Positions 1 through 8,594 of a stretch of DNA of 40,349 nucleotides are shown in pieces. A program made the position numbers and the translations under genes. Location: assembly GCA_007135015.1 (NCBI GenBank), contig SLJS01000146.1, forward strand, positions 1 through 40,349, written 5' to 3'. The DNA is from Alcanivorax sp. Lineage in GTDB: Bacteria; Pseudomonadota; Gammaproteobacteria; Pseudomonadales; Alcanivoracaceae. How positions within the stretch are numbered: the first letter of the stretch is position 1; the number at the start of each line of letters is the position of its first letter. Under the pieces are notes generated by a model. It had not been told where the DNA came from. It made no database searches and saw only the letters and a list, made by a program, of their open reading frames with translations.

Positions 1-1239
1 AAATCACTGGAACAGGCTCGCCGGCGGCTGCGGAACATGGAGGCGCTGGACGCAGAAGGCCGCATCACCGCCCATGGGCGGGCACTGTTCAGCCTGCCCA
101 TCGACACCCTGTTCGCGCACCTGATCACCGCCATGCCGGACGCCGAAACCCGTGGCGCCATGGCGGATCTGACCGCCGCGCTGAGCACCCGGCCACGCCT
201 GCTGCGCCTGCCGGCAGACGAAGAAGGCCGCCGCGCACTGCAGCAGTGGCAACCCCGGCCCTGCGATGCCACCACCCTGATTGCCGCGCTGCGCGCACCG
301 CCGCCGAACCCGCTGCGCACGGATCCGGGAGCCCGGCGGGAAGCGCGCAATCTGGCCAAGCAGATCCGCCACAGCCTGGCGCTGCCCGCCATCCCGGAGA
401 CCCTGGATTTCGACCCCCGGCATCTGCTGCGCGCCTGTGCGCGCGCGGCCCCGGAACTGGTCTTCGTGCGGCGGGAAAAACGCCGCCACGCACTCGGAAA
501 CGGCTTCGGCGAGGTCACCGTGGCGGACGAGTCCCGTTTCGACGAAGAGGCCGAAGCGGCACTGGTCTTCGACGACCACAGCGTGCCCGGCCGGCACGGC
601 ACGCGCCAGACGCTGACCCTGGGAACCTGTCTGGCGCCGGTGCCGCTGACCCTGCTGGACGAGGAGGGGTTGGGCGAGGAACGGCTGCAAGAAGTCCGCT
701 GGGAGGATGGGCGGCCCATGGCGGCAATCGAGCGGCACCTTGCCGGCCGGGTGATCGCGCGCCGGGAGCAGGAGCCCGGGGGAGAGGCCCTGCTGGAGGC
801 CCTGGTGGAACTGATACTGCGTGGCTCACTGCTCAAGCCCGCCGGTCGGCAATTGAAAGAGGACCTGCACCAGTGGGCTCTCTATGTGGCGCTGGACCAC
901 GATCAGGGGCCGGTGCCGGAAGCCCCGGACTGGCTCCGGGAGAGACTGCGGGAACTGGGCGTGGAATCCGCCGACGATGTGGTCCTGCTGGAACCGGAGG
1001 ACCTGCGCTTTGACGGCATTCCGGACTGGGAGCGCGCCCGCTTCGACGAGAAGTATCCGTCCCGCCTGAATCTGGGCGATCTGGTGCTACGGGTACATTA
1101 TGCTCCGCAACGCAGGCAGGTCACCCTGGAAAGGGCCGGCGGCCGCCGCAAGGGAGAACCGAAACGCTGGGAACTGCCCGCCTGGCCGGGCTGGAAGATC
1201 GAATACCGCTCGGGCAGCCGGGTGGTGGATATCCGCTAA
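1..1239 (+). CDS. DEAH-box (HrpA/HrpB-like) ATP-dependent helicase, C-terminal part; the 5' end lies outside the window
   Basis: Frame 1 is open from nt 1 (KSLEQARRRLRNMEALDAEGRITAHGRALFSLPID...). This fits the L-x-LGALD-x-G-x-IT-x-G...P-x-D pattern of the helicase-associated region of DEAH helicases. Stop TAA at 1237-1239. The family call rests on motif memory only. Confidence 0.6.
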   Translation, partial: KSLEQARRRLRNMEALDAEGRITAHGRALFSLPIDTLFAHLITAMPDAETRGAMADLTAALSTRPRLLRLPADEEGRRALQQWQPRPCDATTLIAALRAPPPNPLRTDPGARREARNLAKQIRHSLALPAIPETLDFDPRHLLRACARAAPELVFVRREKRRHALGNGFGEVTVADESRFDEEAEAALVFDDHSVPGRHGTRQTLTLGTCLAPVPLTLLDEEGLGEERLQEVRWEDGRPMAAIERHLAGRVIARREQEPGGEALLEALVELILRGSLLKPAGRQLKEDLHQWALYVALDHDQGPVPEAPDWLRERLRELGVESADDVVLLEPEDLRFDGIPDWERARFDEKYPSRLNLGDLVLRVHYAPQRRQVTLERAGGRRKGEPKRWELPAWPGWKIEYRSGSRVVDIR

Positions 1240-1241
1240 TA

Positions 1242-1316
1242 GTGGCGAGCGGCGAGCCACGAGAGGCGAGCATCCCTTGTGCCTTGCCCCTTGTGCCTTG
1301 CCCCTTGTCCCTTGCT
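1242..1316. repeat. two abutting heptamer arrays filling the helicase/ribA convergent gap: (GNGGCGA-like) x4 at 1242-1269 and (CCTTGNN) x6 at 1275-1316
   Basis: Read directly: GTGGCGA GCGGCGA GCCACGA GAGGCGA, then CCTTGTG CCTTGCC CCTTGTG CCTTGCC CCTTGTC CCTTGCT. Confidence 0.9.
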
Positions 1317-1323
1317 CCTGATT

Positions 1324-1908
1324 TCAGGGCAAATGCCCGAACTTGTCGTTCTTGGTCAGCAGATAGTGGCGGTTGTGGGCGGTCGCTTCCACACGGTGGG
1401 GGACCCGCTCGCGCACGTCCACGCCGTGGTCCTCCAGGGACTGGAGCTTGCGGGGGTTATTGGTCATCAGCCGCACGGCCTTCACGCCCAGCTCGGAAAG
1501 GATGGCGGCGGCCACGCCGTAGTCCCGGGCATCGGGCAGGAAACCGAGCATCTCGTTCGCCTCCACCGTGTCCGCGCCCTTGTCCTGCTCGGCGTAGGCG
1601 CGCAGCTTGTTGATCAGGCCGATGCCCCGGCCCTCCTGACGCAGGTAGACGATCACGCCGCGACCCGCCTCGCCGATCCGCTGCATGGCCGCCTCCAGCT
1701 GGGGGCCGCAATCACAGCGCTGACTGAACAGGGCGTCGCCGGTCAGGCACTCGGAATGCACCCGCGCCAGCACCGGCTCCTCGCCGGAGAGCTCGCCCAT
1801 GGCCAGAGCCACATGCTCCTCGCCGCCCTGCTCTTCCACAAAGCCGTACAGCCGGAACTCTCCGAAGGGGGTGGGTAGCCGGGTTGTCGCGGCATGCCTG
1901 ATCTGCAT
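1324..1908 (-). CDS. ribA: GTP cyclohydrolase II
   Basis: 194-aa ORF with [22 protein letters not shown] and [31 protein letters not shown], the zinc and catalytic motifs of RibA. Length is typical for stand-alone RibA. Confidence 0.95.
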   Translation of the reverse strand: MQIRHAATTRLPTPFGEFRLYGFVEEQGGEEHVALAMGELSGEEPVLARVHSECLTGDALFSQRCDCGPQLEAAMQRIGEAGRGVIVYLRQEGRGIGLINKLRAYAEQDKGADTVEANEMLGFLPDARDYGVAAAILSELGVKAVRLMTNNPRKLQSLEDHGVDVRERVPHRVEATAHNRHYLLTKNDKFGHLP

Positions 1909-2140
1909 AGCTCATCCACTGCCTGGGAATAAATGGATCCGGAAACGGTGCATTCTACCCCAGCCCGGCCCGGAGCGGGAAATTCCGGGCTGGCGAGTTC
2001 CAGGCGCGTGCCAACCGGCAACCGTAGTCGCAGCAATGGGCTACGCGGCCGGGAGCCTTTGGGAGACCGGCAGCATCCCTCCGGATTCCAGCTGCCCGAG
2101 AGCTCCGGTGAAAGATCCGAATCAAGCTCCGCAAGTCGGG

Positions 2141-2154
2141 ATGATCAGGATCAA
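2141..2154 (+). promoter_or_regulatory. candidate FNR/ANR-type (CRP-family) box upstream of napE
   Basis: ATGATcaggATCAA compared with the consensus TTGAT-N4-ATCAA gives a 9/10 match, 104-117 nt upstream of the napE ATG. An AT-rich TAAATAT lies about 27 nt downstream. A weaker box AAGATccgaATCAA is at 2112-2125. Confidence 0.3.
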
Positions 2155-2257
2155 GTTTTGGCCACCCGGCATGTAAATATTCCTCTTGCCAATTGTAAGG
2201 TCTTTTTTTTATCGGCATGCTGGGCAGCTGAAGATTCCGATAACGTGAGGCCGCGTC

Positions 2258-2404
2258 ATGTCCGAACGCTCCGGTGAAAATCGCAAGCGCGATGAATGGG
2301 CGCTTTTTCTCTTTATCACGGTGATCCTGTTTCCCGCCCTGAGCGTCGCCATTATCGGCACCTGGGGCCTGGGCGTGTGGATCAGTCACGCACTGGGGGG
2401 CTGA
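2258..2404 (+). CDS. napE: periplasmic nitrate reductase accessory membrane protein NapE (48 aa, below the ORF-track cutoff)
   Basis: Hand translation gives [48 protein letters not shown]. It has one TM helix with the LFPxLSVA..G.G motif of Paracoccus/Rhodobacter NapE. The stop TGA (2402-2404) lies 2 nt before the napA ATG. Confidence 0.75.
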   Translation: MSERSGENRKRDEWALFLFITVILFPALSVAIIGTWGLGVWISHALGG

Positions 2405-2406
2405 CC

Positions 2407-4911
2407 ATGCAGCGCAGGGAATTTCTCCGTATCCAGGCCGCGGTGGCGGCCGGCTCCATTGCCGGGCTGCCCGGCCTCGGCCACGGCGCCGAAATGAAGA
2501 TGCTCGAGGACGAGTCCATTGACTGGCACCGCGCACCCTGCCGCTTCTGCGGCGTCGGCTGCGGCATGAAGGTGGGGGTCCGGGATGGCAAGGTAGTGGC
2601 CTCCACCGGCGACCCGGAGGTGGACGTCAATCGCGGGATCGCCTGCGTGAAGGGCTACAGCCTGCCGGGCATTCTCTACGGAAAGGAACGGCTTACCCGA
2701 CCGCTGCTGCGCAAGCGCAACGGCGTCTACGACAAGCACGGCGAGTTCACCGAGGTGAGCTGGGAAGAAGCCTTCGATGTGATGGAGAAAAAACTCCGCG
2801 AGGCCCTGGCCGAGGACGGACCTGACAGCATCGCACTGTTCGGCTCCGGTCAGTGGACGGTCTGGGAAGGCTATGCCGCCAACAAGTTCATGAAGGCCGG
2901 CCTGCGCACCAACAACATCGACCCCAACGCCCGCCACTGCATGGCCTCGGCGGTGGCCGGCTTCATGCGCACCTTCGGCACCGACGAACCGCCGGGCTGT
3001 TATGACGATTTCGAGCATGCCGACGCCTTTGTGCTCTGGGGCGCCAACATGGCGGAAATGCATCCGGTACTCTGGTCCCGGGTCATGGAACGCCGCCTCA
3101 ACCATCCCGGTGTCAATGTGGCGGTGCTGAGCACCATCAGGAACCGCAGCTATGAACAGGCGGATCTGAAGATGCTGTTCCAGCCCCAGACCGACCTGGT
3201 GATCCTCAACTACATCGCCCGCTACATCATCGAGAACGACAGGGTCGACAGAGACTTTATCGAAAAGCATGTGCGCTTCCGCCGCGGCAACACGGATATC
3301 GGCTATGGCCTGCGTCCGGAAGACCCGCGCCAGCAGCAGGCAAAGAACGCCGACAACCCGGGCGGCTCCGAGGACATGAGCTTCGAGGAATTCCGGGAGT
3401 TCCTGCAGCCCTACACCCTGGACTACGCGGCGGAGCAATCCGGCGTGCGCAAGGTGCAGCTGGAACAGCTTGCCGAACTGTACGCGGATCCGGACACCCG
3501 GGTGATGTCACTGTGGACCATGGGCGTGAACCAGCATGTGCGCGGCGTCTGGGTCAACAACATGATCTACAACCTGCACCTGCTCACCGGCAAGGTCTCC
3601 ACCCCGGGCAACAGCCCCTTCTCGCTCACGGGCCAGCCCTCGGCCTGCGGCACCGCCCGGGAAGTGGGGACCTTTGCCCACCGGCTGCCCGCCGACCGGG
3701 TGCTGAACAATCCGGAACACCGGCGGTTCACCGAGCAGGTCTGGAAGGTCCCCGAAGGCACCATCCGCGAAGGCAACGGGTTGCACGCGGTGGCCCAGAG
3801 CCGGGCGCTCAAGGATGGCAAGGTGCGCTTCTACTGGACCCAGGTAACCAACAACATGCAGGCCGGACCCAACGTGAGCCAGGAGATCCTGCCCGGCTGG
3901 CGCAACCCGAGAGCCTTTGTGGTGGTCTCCGACATCTACCCCACCCTGTCCGCCCAGGCCTCGGACCTGATCCTGCCGACGGCCAGTTGGGTGGAAAAGG
4001 CCGGCGCCTTCGGCAACTCCGAGCGTCGCACCCAGATGTGGCACCAATTGGTGGACCCGCCCGGTGAGTCGAAATCCGATCTCTGGCAGACCCTGGAGTT
4101 CTCGAAGCGTTTTACCGTGGACGAGGTCTGGCCGGCGGAACTGCTGGACAAGGCCCCGGAGCTGCGCGGCAAGAGCCTGTTCGAGGTGCTCTTCGCCAAC
4201 GGCAAGGTCAACGCATACTCCAATGAGGAGCTGCCGGAAGGCCATGCCAATCACGAGGCCGAGGACTTCGGCTTCTACGTCCAGAAGGGCATCTACGAGG
4301 AGTATCGGGAGTTCGGCCTGGGCAAGGGCAAGGATCTGGCACCCTTTGACGCCTACCACGAACGAGCCGGGGGATACCGCTGGCCGGTGATCGACGGGGA
4401 GGAGACCCGCTGGCGCTTCCGCGAGGGACGCGACCCCTATGTGGAAGAAGGCAGCGGTTTCCAGTTTTACGGCCATGACGACAATCGCGCACGGATCTTC
4501 GCCCTGCCCTATGAGCCGCCGGCGGAAGCACCGGACGAGGAATACCCGTTCTGGCTGAGCACGGGCCGGGTGCTCGAGCACTGGCACACCGGAACCATGA
4601 CCCTGCAGGTGCCGGAGCTGTATCGCGCGGTGTCACAGGCCAAGGTGTACATGCACCCGAACGATGCACGGAAACTGGAACTGCATCGCGGCAGCGAGGT
4701 ACGACTGGTCACCCGCCGCGGAGAAATGCACGGCCGGGTGGAGACCAAGGGCCGCAACCGGCCCCCGGAAGGCATGGTCTTCGTACCGTTCTTCGACCCC
4801 GGACGGATCATCAATACCTGCGTACTCGACGCCACGGACCCCATTTCGCTGCAGACCGATTTCAAGAAAGCCGGTGTCCGCGTGGAGAAGATCGGGAGGG
4901 CCCGGGCATGA
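2407..4911 (+). CDS. napA: periplasmic nitrate reductase catalytic subunit NapA (Mo-bisMGD, 4Fe-4S)
   Basis: Twin-arginine signal [17 protein letters not shown]-terminal 4Fe-4S motif [11 protein letters not shown]. Long molybdopterin oxidoreductase body. Followed by napB and napC. The track ORF starts at 2296, but ATG 2407 gives the canonical Tat N-terminus. Confidence 0.97.
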   Translation: MQRREFLRIQAAVAAGSIAGLPGLGHGAEMKMLEDESIDWHRAPCRFCGVGCGMKVGVRDGKVVASTGDPEVDVNRGIACVKGYSLPGILYGKERLTRPLLRKRNGVYDKHGEFTEVSWEEAFDVMEKKLREALAEDGPDSIALFGSGQWTVWEGYAANKFMKAGLRTNNIDPNARHCMASAVAGFMRTFGTDEPPGCYDDFEHADAFVLWGANMAEMHPVLWSRVMERRLNHPGVNVAVLSTIRNRSYEQADLKMLFQPQTDLVILNYIARYIIENDRVDRDFIEKHVRFRRGNTDIGYGLRPEDPRQQQAKNADNPGGSEDMSFEEFREFLQPYTLDYAAEQSGVRKVQLEQLAELYADPDTRVMSLWTMGVNQHVRGVWVNNMIYNLHLLTGKVSTPGNSPFSLTGQPSACGTAREVGTFAHRLPADRVLNNPEHRRFTEQVWKVPEGTIREGNGLHAVAQSRALKDGKVRFYWTQVTNNMQAGPNVSQEILPGWRNPRAFVVVSDIYPTLSAQASDLILPTASWVEKAGAFGNSERRTQMWHQLVDPPGESKSDLWQTLEFSKRFTVDEVWPAELLDKAPELRGKSLFEVLFANGKVNAYSNEELPEGHANHEAEDFGFYVQKGIYEEYREFGLGKGKDLAPFDAYHERAGGYRWPVIDGEETRWRFREGRDPYVEEGSGFQFYGHDDNRARIFALPYEPPAEAPDEEYPFWLSTGRVLEHWHTGTMTLQVPELYRAVSQAKVYMHPNDARKLELHRGSEVRLVTRRGEMHGRVETKGRNRPPEGMVFVPFFDPGRIINTCVLDATDPISLQTDFKKAGVRVEKIGRARA

Positions 4912-5312
4912 GACATCTTTCACTGTTTTCACTGCTTGCCGCGCTGCTGTGGATCGTCACCGCCGTACAGGCCGATGATCCGGCCAGGGATCTGGACAGA
5001 CCGGGCCCCACCCCGGAGCTGCCGCCACAACAGGATCGCGGAAAATCACAACTGCCCGCGAACAACCCGGAGGGCCCGCTGGTCATCCCCCATCGCACAC
5101 GCGGCCACCAGGTGGATCTACGCCACAACCGCTGCATGGACTGTCATGGTGATCAGGCTCCGGAAGAGATCCGGGCAACGCCGCTGCCATCGTCGCACCT
5201 GCGAGATCGCGACGGTAAAAAACATGAGGGAATGTCCGGAGGCCGTCAGGACTGCCGGACCTGCCATGTGCCGGATCACCGTACCGGCCAGGAAGCATGG
5301 GGAGGCCACTGA
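4908..5312 (+). CDS. napB: dihaem cytochrome c subunit NapB
   Basis: Signal peptide [22 protein letters not shown]. Two CxxCH motifs (CMDCH, CRTCH). ATGA overlap with the napA stop. Confidence 0.9.
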   Translation: MRHLSLFSLLAALLWIVTAVQADDPARDLDRPGPTPELPPQQDRGKSQLPANNPEGPLVIPHRTRGHQVDLRHNRCMDCHGDQAPEEIRATPLPSSHLRDRDGKKHEGMSGGRQDCRTCHVPDHRTGQEAWGGH

Positions 5313-5917
5313 TGCGAGAGCTGTTGAATCACTACTGGAAGTTGCTGCGCCAGCCCCCCGTACACCTGTCGCTGGGGCTGCTGTCACTGGGCGGCTTCAT
5401 CATGGGCATCATTTTCTGGGGCGGTTTCAATACCGCCATGGAATACACCAACACGGAGCAGTTCTGCATCAGTTGCCATGAAATGGAAGACAATGTGATG
5501 GCGGAATTGCAGCACACAGTCCACTACAACAACCGCTCCGGCGTGCGTGCAACCTGCTCGGACTGCCACGTGCCCCACGAATGGACCAACAAGATCGGCC
5601 GCAAGATGGAAGCGTCCAAGGAAGTCTGGGGCCATCTCTTCGGCACCATCGACACCCGCGAGAAGTTCGAGGACAAGCGCCTGGAGATGGCGCAGCGTGA
5701 GTGGCGACGGCTCAAGGCCAACGACTCGCTGGAATGCCGCAACTGCCATGCCTTCGAGTACATGGACCTCAGCGAGCAGGCACCCATGGCCCAGGAGATG
5801 CACCACAAGGCACTGGATACCGGCGAGGGGACCTGCATCGACTGCCACAAGGGCATCGCCCACGAGCTTCCGGACATGGAAGACGTTCCCAGATGGCCGG
5901 AGGGCTGGCTGGAATAG
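5312..5917 (+). CDS. napC: membrane-anchored tetrahaem cytochrome c NapC (NapC/NirT family quinol dehydrogenase)
   Basis: One N-terminal TM helix and four CxxCH motifs (CISCH, CSDCH, CRNCH, CIDCH). Strong resemblance to E. coli NapC ([36 protein letters not shown]). ATG 5312 has a GGGGAGG Shine-Dalgarno 6 nt upstream and overlaps the napB stop (TGATG). Alternative start at 5297. Confidence 0.93.
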   Translation: MRELLNHYWKLLRQPPVHLSLGLLSLGGFIMGIIFWGGFNTAMEYTNTEQFCISCHEMEDNVMAELQHTVHYNNRSGVRATCSDCHVPHEWTNKIGRKMEASKEVWGHLFGTIDTREKFEDKRLEMAQREWRRLKANDSLECRNCHAFEYMDLSEQAPMAQEMHHKALDTGEGTCIDCHKGIAHELPDMEDVPRWPEGWLE

Positions 5918-5937
5918 GGCGCCCCGAGGGGTGCAGA

Positions 5938-5979
5938 GGCAAGGGGCAAGGGGCAAGGGGCAAGGGGCGAGGGGCGTGG
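5938..5979 (+). repeat. heptamer tandem array GGCAAGG x4, then GGCGAGG and GGCGTGG (42 bp); G-quadruplex motif
   Basis: Read directly. Five GGGG tracts are separated by 3-nt loops. Confidence 0.95.
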
Positions 5980-5993
5980 GAGAAGCGGCCGGT

Positions 5994-6035
5994 TGGCAGT
6001 GGTCAGTGGTCAGTGGTCAGTGGTCAGTGGTCAGA
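5994..6035 (+). repeat. heptamer tandem array TGGCAGT, GGTCAGT x4, GGTCAGA (42 bp)
   Basis: Read directly. Confidence 0.95.
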
Positions 6036-6126
6036 CAGGATCCACCTCCTTCCCGGATTCACAATGTCATGACTAAAGAATGGTCCCCTCTCCACAGGAG
6101 GGTGTCGCGAAAGGTGCTTCTGGCAC

Positions 6127-6210
6127 CTGTGGGAGCGGACCTTGGGCCGCGAAGGCCCCGGATTCCGGCACCCTGCCAGGTTCTTCGCGCCCCAAGGTGC
6201 GCTCCCACAA
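6127..6210. repeat. REP-like extended palindrome (nested hairpin of about 84 nt)
   Basis: TGTGGGAGCG-GACCTTGG-GCCGCGAAGG...loop with CCGGATTCCGG...TTCTTCGCGC-CCCAAGGT-GCGCTCCCACA. The arms pair almost perfectly. Related copies lie at 6243-6298 and 13962-14016. Confidence 0.8.
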
Positions 6211-6359
6211 ACCCTTTTGCGGCATTCTGTCTGGAAGGTCTCGCAAAAGCCCCTGATTCCGCGTGGTGCCATGGCCTTCGCGCTGCAAGCGGCACTCCCG
6301 CTGGATCTTTTCAATAGCCTGCTGGTGCAGAAGCGATTGGCGAGGGACGAGTCGCTCAG

Positions 6360-7436
6360 CTACACGATACCGCTGGCTGACTGCATCTGTTTTCGGTAGC
6401 GCGCCGGGGTGGTGCCGGTCCAGCGCCGGAAGGCGCGGATGAAGGGCGCGGCTTCGGCGTAGCCGAGCTGCTCGGCGATGGCGGAAACGGGCAAACGGGT
6501 GGTCTCCAGCAATTCCCGGGCGCGCTGGCTGCGTGCCTGGTTCACCAGATGCCGAAAGCGGGTGCCGGTGCGGGCCATGTGCCGGCGCAGGGTTCTCGGG
6601 GTCATGGCGAGGAACTCCGCCAGTTGTGTCTCCCCGGGCGTTCGGCCCGGACTGGTGGCAAGCAGCCGGCGCACCGCACCGAGCAGACCGGAACCGGCTT
6701 CCATGTCAGCCAGCTCCCGGCGGCATTGTGCTTCGAGCTCCCGCCGGATCAGGGCATTGGCATGGGGCAGGGGCTGCTCCAGGGCGCCACGGTGCAACCG
6801 CACTGCGGAACAGGGCCGCGAATAGCGTACCGGGCAGTCCAGCTGCCCTTCGAGCCAGCCCGCGTTGGCCGGCGGGTCGAAGACCAGATCCACGCCCGCC
6901 AGACCCTGCCTGGTCAGTGCCGGAGCAACCTCGCGAAAGGTATTCAGGGCAAAGGCGATGTCACGCAACAGGTAATAGCGATACAGGCACCCGAGCGAAA
7001 CCGCCGAGCGGAATTCCAGGGCGACCACATCTTCCCTGTCCTCGAGCGACACATGAAAATGGGTGAAGCTGAGCCCGAGGTAGCGCAGGAAGATCCGCAC
7101 CGCCTCTCCGGCGGTATCCGCCGACTGCACCACGGCGCCCAGCGGGCCCAGAAGATCCAGGGAGTAACAGTCCGCCGCGCGCACCCCCAGTTCCACGTCA
7201 TCCACTTCGCCAAGAAGCCTGCCGAGCACGGCCATCTCCTCGGCAACCGTGATGCGCCCGGCGAGCCGCTGCGTGGAGACCCCGGCCGCTGCCATGATCC
7301 TGGCGGTTTCCACGCCCCGGGCCCTTGCCAGTTCCACTACCGCGCCCAGGCCCTGGGCGGGCATGGTCCGCAACAATAACGCCGCATCGCCGGCACTGGT
7401 GTCCGGAACCGTCAGTTCTGTGTCCGCGCCGATCAT
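6360..7436 (-). CDS. AraC-family transcriptional regulator (AraC-type ligand-binding-like N-domain plus C-terminal HTH)
   Basis: The C-terminus LAEFLAMTPRTLRRHMARTGTRFRHLVNQARSQRARELLETTRLPVSAIAEQLGYAEAAPFIRAFRRWTGTTPARYRK is a dual HTH_AraC. I prefer the start at 7436 because GGGAGGG lies upstream. The track ORF extends to 7508, which would overlap the divergent gene. Confidence 0.85.
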   Translation of the reverse strand: MIGADTELTVPDTSAGDAALLLRTMPAQGLGAVVELARARGVETARIMAAAGVSTQRLAGRITVAEEMAVLGRLLGEVDDVELGVRAADCYSLDLLGPLGAVVQSADTAGEAVRIFLRYLGLSFTHFHVSLEDREDVVALEFRSAVSLGCLYRYYLLRDIAFALNTFREVAPALTRQGLAGVDLVFDPPANAGWLEGQLDCPVRYSRPCSAVRLHRGALEQPLPHANALIRRELEAQCRRELADMEAGSGLLGAVRRLLATSPGRTPGETQLAEFLAMTPRTLRRHMARTGTRFRHLVNQARSQRARELLETTRLPVSAIAEQLGYAEAAPFIRAFRRWTGTTPARYRKQMQSASGIV

Positions 7437-7499
7437 CGCTGTCCCTCCCGCAACCGTGGATATTGGAAACAGGCCCATTGGGCATTCGGAGCAGTCCTC

Positions 7500-8594
7500 A
7501 TGGACCAATTAACCACAGAAGACCGGGAACTGTTGTTGAGTCAGGTCAATCGCCTGGCTGATCAGGCACTTGGCCCGCTTCCGGACGGCGCCGAACAACC
7601 CCGTTCACCGCAATGGCAACAGAACTGGCGGGACGCGGCCTGGCAGGCGGGCGTTCTGCCCTGCGGCGGCGACCCGGACGAGCTCATGCTCTGGGGGCCC
7701 GGCCTGGAGGGGTTCAGCCTGGATGCCCTGCGTACCGTTGCCGCGCGCGATGCCAGCGCCGCCCTGCTCCTTCACCGGGAAAGCGCCGCCTGGTCCCTGC
7801 TGCTTCAGCACGGACCGGCGGCGTTTCAGCCGGAACCGGAACAGGTCCCCGTACTGGCCCTCCATGGCGCCGCCGGCCCCGGACGCAAGGCCCTGGCCGT
7901 CTGGCTGCGCGACGGGAAGCTTGATGACGAGGACCGGGAGGAAATGCAAACCAACCTGGGCCCGAACGCACCGCGACTGCTGTTCGCCGGCAGCCGGGGG
8001 CTGGTGCTGCTGCCGGTGTGGAAGGATGAACAGCTCGGCTGGTGGCAGTTGCCCGGCTCGCAAACGGGCATCACCCCAGAGCACGCTCATGCCTTCGAGG
8101 CGCTGGAGGTCACATCACTGGTCCCGGCAGACGGCAAGTTCCTCGCGCCGGTGAAGCCAACAGACCTTGCCTCCCTGTTGCTGCAGGAGTACCTGGCACT
8201 GCTTGCCATCGGAGCGGGGCTGGTGGACCGGGCACTGGAGCTCGCCGGAGAGTATGCGGGACAGCGCCGCCAGGGCGGCCGCCTGATCCGCGAATGGCCG
8301 GCAGTGCGGGAACTGCTCGCCGACATTCGGCAGGCCGGCGATGCCCTGGACGATGCGCTGGCACGGTATCCCGCCGCCACCACCCATACACTGGCACGAA
8401 CCCTGCGGCGCCATCTTTCCCTTTCCGGAGAGATCTGCCGGGCCTGCAACCAGTGCATGCAGGTCTTCGGCGGCATCGGCTACACGCGCGAGCTGGCACC
8501 CGAGCGGCTGGTCCGCGAAGCCAACGCGCTCCGTCGCATGGCCGGCTCGCCGGTACTGCTGACCCAGTTCGCCGCCAGCCTGGAGGATTCCTGA
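7500..8594 (+). CDS. acyl-CoA dehydrogenase-fold protein, probably non-catalytic (divergent ACAD-like subunit)
   Basis: The C-terminal third aligns by eye to the ACAD C-terminal helical domain (AIGAGLVDRALELAGEYAGQRRQGGRLIREWPAVRELLADI...QVFGGIGYTRELAPERLVREANALR). It lacks the TEPxAGSD motif, and the usual EGT catalytic-base site reads MAGS. GGAG lies 8 nt upstream of the ATG. Confidence 0.6.
   Translation: MDQLTTEDRELLLSQVNRLADQALGPLPDGAEQPRSPQWQQNWRDAAWQAGVLPCGGDPDELMLWGPGLEGFSLDALRTVAARDASAALLLHRESAAWSLLLQHGPAAFQPEPEQVPVLALHGAAGPGRKALAVWLRDGKLDDEDREEMQTNLGPNAPRLLFAGSRGLVLLPVWKDEQLGWWQLPGSQTGITPEHAHAFEALEVTSLVPADGKFLAPVKPTDLASLLLQEYLALLAIGAGLVDRALELAGEYAGQRRQGGRLIREWPAVRELLADIRQAGDALDDALARYPAATTHTLARTLRRHLSLSGEICRACNQCMQVFGGIGYTRELAPERLVREANALRRMAGSPVLLTQFAASLEDS

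Noticed and set aside
1960-2110. Possible FMN (RFN) riboswitch upstream of ribA. GGAGCGGGAAATTCCGGGCTGGCGAGT and TCCGGAT resemble RFN core strings, and a 7-bp helix (CCGGAGC 1970-1976 / GCTCCGG 2102-2108) closes a 139-nt domain.
   Set aside because: - The best string matches are on the plus strand, the wrong strand for ribA.
- The minus-strand matches are weaker, and several invariant RFN segments are missing.
- The CCGGATTCC core recurs in the REP-like elements at 6159 and 13974, so this is more likely a degenerate REP copy.
- An Infernal search with RF00050 would settle it.
2296-2406. N-terminal extensions suggested by the ORF track: napA from 2296, ndk to 35668, binding protein to 24376, xseA from 20069, sufB from 35759, amrB from 14992, amrS to 15302, AraC to 7508.
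   Set aside because: Internal starts give canonical N-termini (Tat signal, [13 protein letters not shown], signal peptides), have better Shine-Dalgarno sequences, and avoid overlaps with neighbouring genes.
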